64,000 nt of DNA. Source: Balamuthia mandrillaris (taxonomy: Eukaryota). Every line of letters begins with the position of its first letter. Positions within the stretch are counted from its first letter, which is position 1. Where the stretch lies: the NCBI GenBank assembly GCA_031835245.2, contig JAVKOQ020000022.1:186001-250000 (forward strand), in the 5' to 3' direction. The notes under the pieces are model-generated. The model did no database searches. It worked only from the letters and a program-made list of their open reading frames with translations, and had not been told where the DNA came from. This document shows positions 10,034 to 23,594 of the stretch, piece by piece. The translations under genes were made by a program, and so were the position numbers.

Positions 10034-11182
10034 ATGAGAGGACCGGAACGAGCGTGCTATGGCGGTTGGTTCCTTGTGGCTGCCATGGGGATGCTGTGCT
10101 TCTTGACAGCGTGCTTCGCACTTTCGGATGAGGAGAGAGACATTGTTTTGGAGGCCCACAACTGCGCCAGGCGAAACAAAGGCCTCCCGGAACTTTCCTA
10201 CGATACCTCTCTTGAAAAAACTGCCCAAGGTTATTGTTGCCTCTTTCTTTGTGTTTTGCACCTTCTTAGCAACCATCTTCCATCTAACCAAACTGGTTTG
10301 TTTTCGTGCATGTTTCCAAGCTTGGACAAACAAATGCGACTTTCGGCATTCCGGACAAGGAGGGGTTGGAGAAAACCTGTGGGCGTCTTCAGGAAAACCT
10401 ACTGCAGCGGAGGCGCTCAAAGGTTCCCTTCGGTCATGGCTGTCCGAGGAGAAACAGTGGAACTGCAAAACGAACGGGTGCAAAGGTGTCTGCGGACATT
10501 ACACTCAGGTCATGTGGAGCAGGTACATCGCACCTTCACTCATATTTAGCAATGTTTTCCAACTCGTTTGAAAACAGAACGACGCATGTTGGGTGCGGCT
10601 TTATAAATGATTGTTCCACCGAATGGCGTACCATCATCACCTGTCAATACAAGCCTCCGGGCAACTACGTGGGCGCAAGACCTTTCTCAGGTATTCTTTC
10701 TCTTGTGTTTCACGATCCGCAATCCCTCTTGTTCATCTTACCTCTTCTCTGGTCCTTTCGTTCTCTTGTCCTCCTATCTCTACGTTCTCTTGTTGTTCTT
10801 CCCCTGGCGTTCCACCGATGACTCTTGACCGTTCGGTTTGTTACCACCTTAGCCGATAAGTGTGATGTAGAAAAAGGTTGTGATAAAGCAGAGGACAGCC
10901 ATTCCAGTACCGGTTCGTCCTCATCATCCCTCACCTCCACATCGTACCACTTTTCAGCAGCCACTTTATGTTTTCTCATGTTTTTTGATCCACCCTTTTG
11001 TTTTACAAACGCAACCGACCGGAGCAGAAAAGACGGCCGCAGCAGTGGTCGGCGCGGTGGGAGGAGTGCTGTTGCTTGGAGCAGTAGCGGGGGTGGTGGT
11101 CTACTTCCACCTGAGAAAAAAACGAAAGACCATGGTAAGGAACCAAGTTACAGCTCCGACGGTGTCTCCCTCCACGGCCTAG
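10034..11182 (+). CDS. CAP/SCP (PR-1-like) protein with signal peptide and C-terminal transmembrane anchor; multi-exon
   Basis: LEAHNCAR, FRHS, GENL, CGHYTQVMW, VGCG, TCQYKPPGNYVG; hydrophobic AVVGAVGGVLLLGAVAGVVVYF followed by RKKRK. Confidence 0.88.
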
Positions 11183-11446
11183 AGGAGGGCGGAGGAAAGA
11201 AGCATTGCATCACGTGAGAAAAATAAACAAAAACAATTCATGGAAGTACAGCACTCTCCTATCTAATCTCATGTCTTGTCCACTATCCTCGCTCTTATCT
11301 TTGCTCATGTCCTGGCTCATGTCCTATCTCACGTCGTGGTCATTCCATTCTCCTGTCCTCTCTCCTGTCGCCATATTTTTCAGGACGACACGAAGAAGAA
11401 ACCAAAAAGAAGAGAAGAAAGCAAAACATACAAAGAAGAAGAAGAA

Positions 11447-12015
11447 ATGAAGGTATGACTTTCTTGTTAGAGGACAACAACACAAACAAGAGAAGGTTCC
11501 CTGTTGTGGGAAGAGAGAAGAAAAAAAAGGCTAATCATATCTTTCTCTCGCTCTCTCTCTTTTTTAATGCTAATAGTCAAAAAAAGAGTCCATCCTTGAC
11601 CTTGAGAACTACCTCAATCAAAAGGTTACAGTGAAGTTCACCGGCGGACGTGAAGGTTCGATCTTACAGCCTTCCTTCTTCCTTGTGTTAGTTTTTTGAC
11701 CTTTTGTTTTTGTTTCAGTGCAAGGAGTTCTCAAAGGACATGACAACATTCTGAACATTGTGCTTGATGAAACCATCGAATTCCTTCGAGGTAAACTACT
11801 CCCCACTTTTGGTTTTTCTTCATCATTTTTTTAAAAAAACATTGCTTCAAAAAAAACAAACAGATCCGTTGGACCCATACAAACCGACCACACAAACACG
11901 CAAGCTGGGCCTGGTCGTTTGCAAAGGCACCGCCATCATGTTGATCTGTCCGGTGGAAGGCACCGTCGAGATTAGCAACCCTTTTGCCAAAGAAACGGAA
12001 GAACAAAGAATATAA
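11447..12015 (+). CDS. LSM7: U6 snRNA-associated Sm-like protein LSm7 (4 exons)
   Basis: Spliced MK|SKKESILDLENYLNQKVTVKFTGGRE|VQGVLKGHDNILNIVLDETIEFLR|DPLDPYKPTTQTRKLGLVVCKGTAIMLICPVEGTVEISNPF. Confidence 0.95.
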
Positions 12016-12083
12016 ACTCTTTTTCTCTCTCTCTTCTCTTCTTCTCTTTTTCTTTCTTTCTTCTTTTTCTTTATTTTTATGTG

Positions 12084-14341
12084 TTAGTTGGTGGATGAGT
12101 TCCCTCTTTCTTCTTCTCCTTCGTCCTCTTCCTCTTCTTCGTTTTCCTTTAGGTTCGTTGCGAGTTGCTTCCATTCAATGACGTTTGTGTACTTATCTCT
12201 AAACTCTATCTTCCCAGTGGCCACTTCCACTATCATCTTTTTCATGACGTGAATCAGGTTCGACTTTTGTGCTTCCTTTTCGTTCTCTTCTTCCTTTTCT
12301 TCTTCGTCTTGTTCTTCTTCCGCCTTTGTGCCTTTCATTTCTGTTTCTTTTCCTTTTTCTTCGCTCGATTGTTCGGTTATTGGCGTTGTTTTTGTTATCC
12401 GTTTCTCTTTTTCTTGCTTCTCGTTTTCTTCTCTCTTCCTCTTCTTTCCCGCCATCCTTTCTTCTTCTGTCTCTTCCTCTTCTTCGTTTCCTACTTCTCC
12501 TTCTTCCACTTCTTCATCTCTGTTTGTTGCTAACGGTTGTACGTTTTCTTCTTCCTCTTTACTCTTTTCTTCCAAAAGCTTTCTCCTGCGAGCTGCTACT
12601 TCTGCTCTCTCCTTCTTTCCAAGATTTTCCAAAATGAAGAGAACGCAATGCTTCTTCAACTCGGGAAGTTGGAACGCATCTCCAACATCATACACGAATC
12701 GAACGTTCTCCCAGTTCAAAACTTTGTCCACCAGATAATTGCTCACTGCCACCGCCAAGCTCTCGTACAATAAGAACTGGTCGCTCGCTACCAACAACTT
12801 CATCGCAAAGTCCAAAACAGACGAAGAAGTAGAAGATGAAGAAGGAATATGAAGATGTTTGCTGTAGAGGAACCGAAGTAAGCAAAGAAAGACGTCGAAC
12901 TCGAGCCACTCCATGCTCAGCACGATGTTCTTTTGGTCTGACTCGCGCCAGCTGTTGTCGAACATGGCTCTAAAGTACTCAGAGCGAGCGGAGAGAATGG
13001 ACTTGTGAGCTCGTACCATCCTTCCTTGCACCACGAATCGCACCCCGTCTCCTTCCTCTTCTCTTTCTTTGTTGTGTCGTTCGTTCGTTTCGTTTTCTTC
13101 TTCACTGTCAGTGCGGATGAGAGTGATGTCGTGAACTTCTCCTGCAAGCATAACTTCTTCTCTTTCTGCTTTTACCTCTGTTGATTTTCAAGGCAAAAGT
13201 CAGAACAAACAGAAAGGCGAAAAACAGGAACACTTACCGCAATTATCAAGAAGATGATGCAAAGCTGATCTTCCATTAGCATCAAGTATGGTTGGATCTG
13301 CTCCTTGATCCAACAAAGTCTTCAACGAGGAACGTCTCGACATGCTCCTCGGCTTTGCCGCTAAATGAAGCGCGGTATATCCTCCACAAATTTGTACATC
13401 CACCACTTTTCTTTGTCTCTTATTCTCTTCCTTCTCTCCTTCCTCCTCCTCTTCTTTTTCTTCTTCTTCTTCCTCTCCGCTTATAATTATTTCTACTTTG
13501 TTCGTTATAGCATCTACGCAAGCTCCCAAGCGGACCAACGCCGGCACAAACGCGTCATCTGACACAACGGCCAGATGCAACGGCGTGTTGCCCTCGTTAT
13601 CCCTCGCGTTTACGTCTGCCCCTCTCTCCTCCACTAAGTGACGAAGCAGTTCGATGCAGGCATCCACTCGTTTCTTCCTAGGAGCCAACGAGGTCGACGA
13701 TGCTGCCATCGCTGTTACGTCTTTGCCTTTCAACAACCAGTGAAGAGCGGTGCAGCCGTCCTTGTCGGCTGCATTCACGTCGGCACCAGCATCAAGGAGA
13801 AGGGAGGAGCAGAGCAGGTCAGGGCGTTGCATTTGGAGGTGGAGGGGAGTCCATCCGTCAAGACTTCTCGCGTTAACGTCTAGGTTGTTGGCTATCAAAT
13901 ATTTAAGAAATTCTCGTTTTCTTTTTCGTTTGTGTTAGAACATAAAGACGTAAGAGGAGCGAAGAGAGTGAATATGATGAGAGCAGAAAGAGAGCGAGAA
14001 AGGAGAACAAACTTTTCTTTGTATTGATCATGTTTCTTTGGAGGGCGAGCTTTACGCCGAATGAAGTCGTAGTGTTGATCTATTTCGTGTTTGTCGAAGA
14101 GCTCAAATTTTACGTAAAATTGTAGAGAGCCTTCTTCCGTTAAAAAGCCTTTTCATTTTTTTAAAAGTGTTGTTAGATGGGCCGAGGATAGGAGAAAGGA
14201 GAAGGAAGAACAAAAGAGCAAACCTGAATCGTTTTTGACAAGATCTTTTAACTTGTGAAACTTTCTCCAACCCCAGCCATTACCATCACGCTCAAACCGA
14301 TTTCCAGACTCTGTTTTTATTAATAAATAAGGGTAAAGAAG

Positions 14342-14384
<43 letters not shown>

Positions 14385-14945
14385 ACAAACCCATGATAAC
14401 CGATTTGGGAAGATCACGGTTGACGATACAAATGGAGTAATCCACAAACACTGCCCAGTTCTTCACATCGCTCCTTCCTTCCTCTCGATGCTTTTATTCC
14501 AAACAAAGAAATGGCAATGTGAGAAAGGAGGAGGGAGAGGAGGAGAAGAAGAAGAACTAAAAGAAGAAGGTAAGTAAAAATTGCAAAGAACACCAACCTG
14601 AAGTTTTGTACATTCAAAGAAGAGCGACAGATAAACATCGCCTTGATGAGTTTCTTGCCACTTTCGAACTTTCAAAGACCTATTAAACAACAGAGTGAGA
14701 GATATGTACAATTAAATAACTTGCATAAGGGACAAGATGAGAAAGTACCATGCGTAGCCTCCATATTCCTGTGGATCAGAAACGAGCTGAAAGACCTCTT
14801 CGTGTTTCACAAATAGAGCAAAGTCATCTATCCGGAAGAAGAATTTGCCTTGACGATCCACCAAAGGTAACCGATGCACCACTTTGCTGCCTCTATCCAA
14901 ACCTATTTTCTCAGATAACAGAAGCAGCTTAAAAAAGATGGGCAA

Positions 14946-14988
<43 letters not shown>

Positions 14989-16641
14989 GGAAAAAGAGAA
15001 GGAAGTGAAACCTGGAGAAGGAGGAAGATGATCAAGAATGCGGCCGATGGTCCGCTGCATAGCAGTGCTTCGGTCGGTTTTGCCATCAGCACATGCCCAG
15101 TGCAGAATGGTACGTTGTCGCATGTCGAGAACATCTAATGTTACTCCCATCGATACTAACTTCTTCACCAACTCCAAATGGGCTCCACTAGCAGCTTTAT
15201 ATGAGGATATGTTAAAAAAGCGAGAAAAAGTAAAGAAGAAATAAAAAGAACCTTCATGAAGAGGTGTAAGACCACCGAGATCCTTGCAAGTAACAGTCAT
15301 TCCTCTATCTACCAACAAGGAGAACAGCTTGTGATTTCCTGACCTTAGAGCAAAATGCAACGGGGATAAAGTTGTCTGAAGTTGTTCATCCTCCTCAACT
15401 ATAGCTCCGTTCGTTATAAGCAGCTCTGCACAGTCGACGTGATCGTGCATCGTGGCAAAATGTAAAGGTGTGTTGCCTTTGGCATCGGTCTCATTGACCG
15501 GTGCGCCGTTGGCAAGTAGATATTGCAGGCATTTATAGAGGCCTCGTGCTGCGCAGTTATGCATTACGCTCACCTCTTCCTTATCTTTCAGCAGAAAGTT
15601 GGCGTTGTTGCGCATCAAGAAGAGGGCACAATTGCCAAATCCGCCTATGTGTGAAAAGGTAATGGAGTGTTAAAAGAAAAGCAACAAGGAAGGAGGAGAA
15701 AAAGGTGAAATACAAACCGAGAGTAGCTTCCAACAAAGGCGTAGCCTTATTAATATTCCGTACGTCAATAAAGCGGGAACGTCGCTTCATCGTCATCAAG
15801 TACTTCATCTTGTCCTTTTCGTAGGTGCACCGATCCACACCAGGAATCAAGCTCAAGAAGTATCTGACCAGCTCTGTGCAACCATGCCTTGCTGCCTCGT
15901 GCAAGGGTACCATCTTGCGAGCATCGCTCGCCATCAACTTGCTGCCTCGTTCGATGAGAAGCTTGGCACAGTCAACATGTCCTCCGATGGCAGCAGCATG
16001 AAGGGGCGTTCTTCCACGTGAGTCGGTTAAGTTGGGATCGCCAGGGCATCGTTCGTTGGTCAACAGGAAGTGAAGAATGTCGAGACGCCCGTGAAAGGCA
16101 GCCTCGTGAATGGCCGACTGCATTTCCACGTGGACGAGAGCAGAGTTGGTAGTGAGGTTGGTATCACAACCGGCTCCGATGAGGGCGCGCACGATGTCTA
16201 GGTTTCCCCCTTCCACAGCGCGCAGCAGAGGAAACTTGTGGTTTACTGTGTTAAGCTGAGAGCGATCCACTTTGGAAAATAATAATTGAAAACACTGAAA
16301 CAACAATGCAATGTTGCAATATAGTTGAAAATGAGAGAGAGAGAGCAGTAAGAAACAGAAACGAAAATAGAATAGAAACAAAGAAATTTGGTGCGATAAA
16401 TATCAAACCTCAAAGTTTGCGTAACAGCCAGCAGCAAATAGTTCTTGGTCCACGGTTGCGCCATTGTTCAAAAGAAGTTGAATAACTTCCTCGTTGTTTG
16501 CATAAACTGCATCACTTAGAGGGTTCTGAAGAATCTTTGTGGCTCCAACACTAATTCGCAACCCTACTTTTGGTTGTGAGACTAAATGTCGAATGCATTC
16601 CACACACTCCTACCTCACAGAAGTGGTAAGCAAGGAAATAA

Positions 16642-16683
<42 letters not shown>

Positions 16684-19202
16684 AGAACCTTATTTTCAAG
16701 GTTTTTAGCAACACTCAATAAAGAGCATTTCCCTAAAGCAGCTCCATTGGACGTCAACATCTTGACGCACTCCACATGTCCACCAGCGGCAGCCAACCCA
16801 ACCGGATTAAAATGTCTTTTGTCCTTCAAATTCACAAACTTTGCTATATCTGCTGTCTCTCTCTGCCTTCCACCACTTGTAGCTATCATCTCTTCTTCTT
16901 CATATTCTTGTTGTTGTAGTTGTTGCAAATGTTGAATCATTTCCAGGATGCAATCGGTGTGTCCACCAACGGCGGCCCAGTGGATGGGTTTCCTTAGGGC
17001 CACATCGGAGATCATCGTAGATGCTCCGTTTTGCAACAGCAAGCGAACGCATTGAAGGTTGCCTTTGAGGCAGGCGAGATGCAATGGGGTGAGTTTCTCT
17101 TGGCTACGAACGTTTACAACGGACGTTTCCCCAAGTATCAATTCTTCCTCGTCTTCATCTTCTTGTTCGTCATTGGGCGGTGATTGTTTGGGTTCATCTT
17201 CACCAATAAGAAGTGAACGAAGGAGCTCGTCTGAAGAGGAAGGTTGATGGCGTTGTTGTTTCATCGATCTATTGGGAGTCGAGCAAATCGCGGCTTGTTT
17301 GATCGAGTTTGGCTCATTTTTCTTTTTCTCTTTTTCTTGTTCTTGTTCTAGAATTGCATTTTCGATGGCAGCCTCCAACATAGTAACGTCTCCTATCTTA
17401 AAAGAGTTGTTAGAAATGCGAGAGGGCAAACACGACGAGAGAAATCACGTACCAGTGCTGCCAGATGCAATGGTGTAAAGTTCCTATCGTTGGAGGAAAT
17501 GTGTTCCTCTTCCTCTTTCTTTTTGTGCCCCGTTCCTTTCATTCGATATTCTCTCTCTTTCTCAATATGTCCCAACTCGCTTTCAATGATGGCTCGCAAT
17601 AACTTGGCGTCTCCCTGATGGTGGTTGCCTTCATATAGAGCCTTATAAAACGGGGTCCATAACTCGCACGCTCGATTGCGAGCACCTCCCGCTAACAATG
17701 CCATCGCTACATCCGGCTCCACCAAGCTGCAAGCTGAGTATAGCGCAACAACGTCATGTCTGCTCTTACAATTGGCATCCGCTCCGTGTTCCAACAACAG
17801 ACGCACGCCCTCGTACTGATTGTTCTTGACGGCTTTGTGCAGAGGGGAGATGTGCATAAACTTGGAGAAGGTGTTGACTTGTACTCCCTCTTGAGCCAGC
17901 AGGAATCGCAAGGCATCCACACAACCTAACCAAGCCGCTTTGTGCAGGGCCGTCTCTCTATCTCGGGTACTCTCTTGGTTGATATCTAAGCCGTTGACGT
18001 TCTCCATCAAGAAAGATAGGACATGAGGATGATTCGAAGCAGCTGCTTTGAGAAAAGGCGTCTCTCCATCTTTGTCAGGACAGTTACTGTAATCGTTGGA
18101 TGATCCATCATTACCAACTTCTGGTGTTGGTGTTGATGCTGACGATAGAAGAAGAGAGACAGTAGGAAGGTCGCCTTTGGAAGCAGCGAGATGCAGAGGG
18201 AGAGTGCCAACATCCGATTTCTTAGAGTGAATATTGGCTCCTGCCTCCAATAAGAGTTTAACGATTTCAGCGTGGCCGTAACATGCCGCAAAGTGGAGTG
18301 CAGTGTCTTCAAAGAGATTCTCAGCGTTGACGATCTCGGAGAGGGTGTAGAGTGTGGAGCTACTGCCTTTGTTATTGTTTCCGAAAAGTTGTGCAGGGAG
18401 TTTTTCAAGATCCATGTCTCCCATTAGGGCGTTTATGAATTTGCCAACTTTTTTTTGGTGTGAAGAATGAAAGAAGAGGAGTGAGGAAGGGAAGAGAAAT
18501 AGGTACGAAGTACCAGAAGAAGAAGCAAAGAGTAACCTTTTTCTTTCTTTTGTTGCCTACTTTCAGTATCAGAGGTGGAGAGAACTTCCTTAGCAGCCTC
18601 CAACATAACCCTGACACAAGCTGCATGGCCAAACATGCACGCTAAATGCAATGGTGTATTTAGTTCCGCATCTCTTGTATTGAGATAGTCCAGTACTCCG
18701 TTTATGCTTCCAGACTCTGAAGCAGAGCTTTCTCCGCCTCCTTCTCCTCGTTCCTTCTCTACCTCGTTTCCTTCTTCGTTCGTTGGTGTGAGAGGGACAT
18801 TATCAGTGTCACTCATTCGAAGATAAATCGCTCTTCTTCGCATCTTTTTGTCTATTTCTTTGTCTTTTTCTATTTGCATTTTATCCTCGCTCTCTTTATC
18901 TTGTTGGCTGCCTCCATCATCTTCACCATCACTGCTTTCCTCTGCTGTTGCTTTTTGTTTCTCTTTACTAACGTGAGCATAGCCCAACAACGAAACCAAA
19001 AGAGCAAAATATGATGACAGATGATACCTGTTTTTGCAGCTTCATGTAGCAACAAGTGCACAACCTCACAATGACCGTTCAAGGCAGCTAGATGAAGAGG
19101 ATTACTATGAGGAAAAACACTCCAAGACATACAATCTTGATTCACCAAAGAAGCTCCTCGCTATTTAAAATTGCAGCAAACAACTTGAATAAAGATCGAC
19201 AG

Positions 19203-19246
<44 letters not shown>

Positions 19247-19251
19247 AGAGA

Positions 19252-19297
<46 letters not shown>

Positions 19298-21250
19298 AGA
19301 GAGAAACAAACCTCAAGCAAAAACTGAACAGCGGGGAGGATGCCCCGAGCACAACAAATGTGCAATGCAGTCTGCCCATAAATATCTTTGGCTTGCAGAA
19401 GCGCACCAGAGACAAGCAAACTCTGCATGCACTCTATCCCATCATCTCCAGTATCATTCGAGAACACACCAAGGGCAACCATGTGAAGCGGGGTACGTAG
19501 ATTGGCATCTCTTGCATTGACGTTAGCGGTAGGTAATGAGAGCTTTGTCCGTTTATCACCTTTGCATTCTTCTTCTTCTTCCTCTTCTTCTTCTTCTGAC
19601 GTGATCTTCGGTGACGAGGGCTCTGAGAATATGTAATCAATAAACAGAGAGAGATATAGCGAGCGCGCGAAAGCAGGAGAAGAAGAATGAAGTACCTAGC
19701 ATAAAATCAATAAGTGCCTTTCGATGAAGAAATGCAGCAAGATGAAGAGGAGTACATCCTTCCAGTTGCACATACCGAAAACAACAATCCTTCCCAAACA
19801 CCGAATTATTTTGCAAAGCATAAAACTCGTCCTCTTCCTTCATTCTCGCTTCTTTTGTCTGCTCGTTCTCATCTTCCATCTTGTTCGTCATTGTTGTTTT
19901 CACTTCACCATTCGAGTCCAAGTTTGAAGAAGGTAAATAAGAAGAAGGTCGCATGTTATGAAACGTGGAAGGAGCAGGCGGTGGATATCTCCATAGCGAG
20001 GAACCAAAGTTGAAGATGCACCGCTCCTGAGCCTCCATCGAGATGCCAACGTACAAGCCATCCCTCACTTTGATGTCCTGGAAGGCAACCCCCAGGAACT
20101 CGCCGTTCAGCCAGTACATGATTTGAGAGGGGTTTGAGGCCAAGTTGAGACCGCATCCCACCACATCGCCTTTTACATACAACAAGAAGGAAATGTACGT
20201 TTAACGTCACACATCAACCAAACTAACGAACCAACAAACCAAACAACAGAAAGCAAGAATAGAAAAGAAACAACCGGAACAACCAGACAACAATGTACAA
20301 TGAAATAGGGAGAAGAAGAACAAGAAGAAGAAGAAGAACGAACCAGCTCTCCATCGCTTGCCATAGGGAATAAAAGACTTGCCATGCCACTTCAGCACGC
20401 GATAGCCGTCGTAGGCATAGGAGAACTCATCATCGCCCACGCCCTCGTTGCGCGTGAACTTGCACCTCCTGGTGGCCCACCCCACCTGAAACAGCCCGTC
20501 CGTCAGCAACGTCACCTCATAGTACCACATGCCTCCCCCTGTCCTTCTACTTCTGCTTTCTCTCTCTCCTTTGCTTCTCTCTTTTCCTTCGTCTTCTCCG
20601 GAAAAGGTTGAGGAGGTGACTCGGACGTTGCTGCGAACGCTCCCCATGGTGCCTAACACGCGGGAGAGCTTCGCAGCGTTGAAGACATAAAGCCCGTCCT
20701 TGGAGAGCTTGATCTCTGGCGTTTTGTCCTGCGAGGACATGACCACCCGACGAAACGGTCTTTGCCCGTTTGGTTGTCTCGTCCTCTTTCCATGCTGAGG
20801 ACCTTCCTCGGCGTCATCCAACCCTTCCGCTGCGTCTTCTTCCTGGAGAGGAAGATCGATGGCAGCGCCTTCGGAGATGAGGGTCTGAACGGTGGGAAGG
20901 AGGCTGTTGCTGGTGACGGCGGCGTAGTGCAGAGCGCTCAACCCGCGTTCGTCCCGTTGGTTCAAGAACTGGCTACGTTGTTGTTGTTGGGTTGCTTCTT
21001 CTTCTTCTTCTTCTTCCGCTTGGTTTGAGAGGGGATGGAGGGACACTACTTTTTCTTTTGCTTTTTCATCTTTTGCAGCCACCCCTGCTTGTTTCGTGCT
21101 GGACGTTTCGGAACAGGAAGAAGAAGAAGAAGAGAGTGAAAGTTGAGTGAGAAGGAAGCTGATCCTATCAGCATCTCCCTCGTAGGCCGCCACATGGAGG
21201 TCCCTCGTTGGACCTTCTCTTCTTCTCGTCGCAGCTGCCGACGACTTCAT
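12084..21250 (-). CDS. Giant ankyrin-repeat protein: ANK-SPRY-ANK(n)-MATH-ANK-BTB/POZ; many exons
   Basis: Many TPLH-type ANK repeats; SPRY (WYYEVTLLTDGLFQVGWAT...GVGDDEFSYAYDG...GDVVGCGL...FNFG, about 19970-20660); MATH (FFFRIDDF...GGYAW...YLSLFFEC...NWAVFVDYSICIVN...GWGWRKF...GFL, about 14100-14850); BTB (RAHKSILSARSEYFRAMF, about 12640-13140). Junctions checked near 19620 and 18450 keep frame; not all junctions checked. Confidence 0.82.
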
Positions 21251-21550
21251 CTTTTTTTTTTCTGCTTTCTGTTTGAATTTTTTACATGTCGTCACGGATC
21301 TAAAAGCAAGTCATTTGATCGACCAACTAAAATTCAAAATTATTTTTTGCAGACACCACTATAGCCGCGATGACGTACGCTTCGCAGTAACGGCAGAGCG
21401 CAGTGACTCCCGTAGGGACACACCGTTCAACCATCAACCGACGCAAGCACCTCCGTGGTCACACGGCTGTGCAATGTGGCAAGCCCTTCACCATCACCAA
21501 GCACGCAAGCGAGTTGCATTCATTCTCTTTTTTTTTTTTTTTTTTTTGCT

Positions 21551-22728
21551 TTATTCCAAACCGTGATGAGCAGCGTTGGCCTCCAGCCATTGTCTCCAGG
21601 TCTTGAGCTCGGGGTTGGCTTTCTTGGCAAGCGCGCCCCCCTCTGCAAAGTACGGCCCAAACGAGCCAAACTCCTCCAGATAGCCAAACATCTGAGCCAG
21701 CTCGTCTGCCACTGGTTTCTTCCTTCTCATCCCTTCATCTTCCTCTTCTTTGTGGTGTGCCTCCGAGAGGAACTTCTCCTGGGTGAGGGGGACGTATTTT
21801 GCCTTCTTGCCGGTCACCTCCTCAAAGGTTTGGATGTAGTCCTGCGGGTGAGCGTTCTCCCCAAAGAGAGGGACGTGCTTCTCGTTCCATTCTGATGGAT
21901 TGTTCAACACAGTTACCACCGCTCTTCCTGTTTGTTTATAGGTTTGTCAGAGGCAACAACCAGGGAGAAAAAGCAACAGTTCAAACCTATATCTTCGATA
22001 TCAACTCCAGTAAGATAGGTCTCTCTGCTCAGCGGCAGCTCAAACACTAAAGTGCCGTCCTGCTCCTTCCTCGGCGCAAAGAACTTTCTGAAGTTTTGGT
22101 AGAAGAAAGCGGGAGCCAAGAAGGTGGTGTACCCTCCTTGAAACTTCTCCCTGGCATACTCCTCCACCAAGGCTTTGTCCGTGAGAAAAGGCACTTTCCA
22201 TTTGCCATGGCTCAACTTCTCCACGTTGGGCGCTGAGATGAGAACAAGGTGCTTAAGCGCGTCTGTTTGGGAGGCGACGTCGACGTGCATCTTGCCGACG
22301 GCGAGTTCTTTGCCGGCAGTGGTGGGCTCCCAGGAGCTGGTCATCGAGAAGAACGCGTAGGCTTTGTCCAAAGCATTCCTGTTATATGCAATAATAGTTA
22401 ACAATAAAATAAAATAAAATAAAATAAAATAAAATAAAATAAAATAAAATAAAATAAAATAAAATAAAACGCACTTGACTTCTTCTCTGTTGGAAGGATC
22501 CGCCGAGAAGAGCTCCACTTCCTCGCCCAACTTTCCCAGCTCCTCCAGGACGTGCTGCGAGTCCGAGGAGCGGTGCGTCAACGCCCTTATCTTCCACAGC
22601 GCACTCTGTCCCTGAGAGGCTCGGACCTTGTTGTCCTCCAGCAGCGCCTTGACGACGCTTTTGCCTTGTTTGCCGGTGGCCTCGGAGACGACCACCAGTC
22701 TCCCTGCTTGTCTTTCGGGTTGCTCCAT
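21551..22728 (-). CDS. NmrA-like NAD(P)-binding SDR-fold protein (3 exons)
   Basis: VVVSEATGKQGKSVVKALL, IRALT, DKALVEEY, PAFFYQNF, DIEDIG, LKTWRQWLE; in-frame intron 22379-22474. Confidence 0.88.
22404..22468. repeat. (TAAAA)n pentanucleotide microsatellite inside the NmrA intron
   Basis: About 13 perfect copies seen directly. Confidence 0.95.
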
Positions 22729-22984
22729 TTATTTATGATTTTGTTCTGTGGTTTGTTTTGTGGATTGAATGAAAGAGAAAGAAAGAGAGGTAAATAACGA
22801 AGAAGGGAAGGAGGAGAAAACATAAATAAACAAACCTGAGAAGATTAGTTTCGTTCGTCATTCTGCATTCTTTCTGTGAGCTTTCTATCGAAATAAAAAG
22901 TCAAAAAAAAAACACAACGCAACGATAAACAAAAAGCAAAAAACATAGAGAGAGAGAAAAAGAGGATAGTTCCAATGGGCCTCT

Positions 22985-23170
22985 TTATTCTGATTTGTCA
23001 TCAGGCGTGACGATGGTCGTTTTGGCAGGAGAGCGGCGAAGCGCCCATAGCTCTCTGCACTTTGCCATAAATTTCCGTTCCGTTAATGCTCTTTTTTTAA
23101 AAAAAAAATGTCAGCAAAGATGCTTCCTTCAGAAGGAAGTATGGAGAACAGCAAGGAAATAGAATGAGAG

Positions 23171-23204
<34 letters not shown>

Positions 23205-23551
23205 GGCAAACATGGTGAAAAGGATAGAAAGCAAGCAAAGAGAGCCAATGGTGATATGCCCAAGTTCGCTGAACAACGAATACTGAGAGATGTCTCCACA
23301 AAAGTAAATGCTGGAGAACCGTGTGATGAAGAAGGACCAAAGGAAAGAGGCTAAGACGAGTGAGGAAGGCAGACAAGCTGACAGAGAGAATAAAGCTTCT
23401 TCTTTCTGGTTTTTGTTGGTGTAATGATCGTTGAAAAAACGATGCATGAAGTTGAGACAAAAAGTGATTCTCATCGCCATGTCTATTTTCAAAAAAAAAA
23501 ACAATGTAAGATAAAGTTGAATGTAAAAAGAGAAAGACGAATGGGAAACAG

Positions 23552-23594
<43 letters not shown>

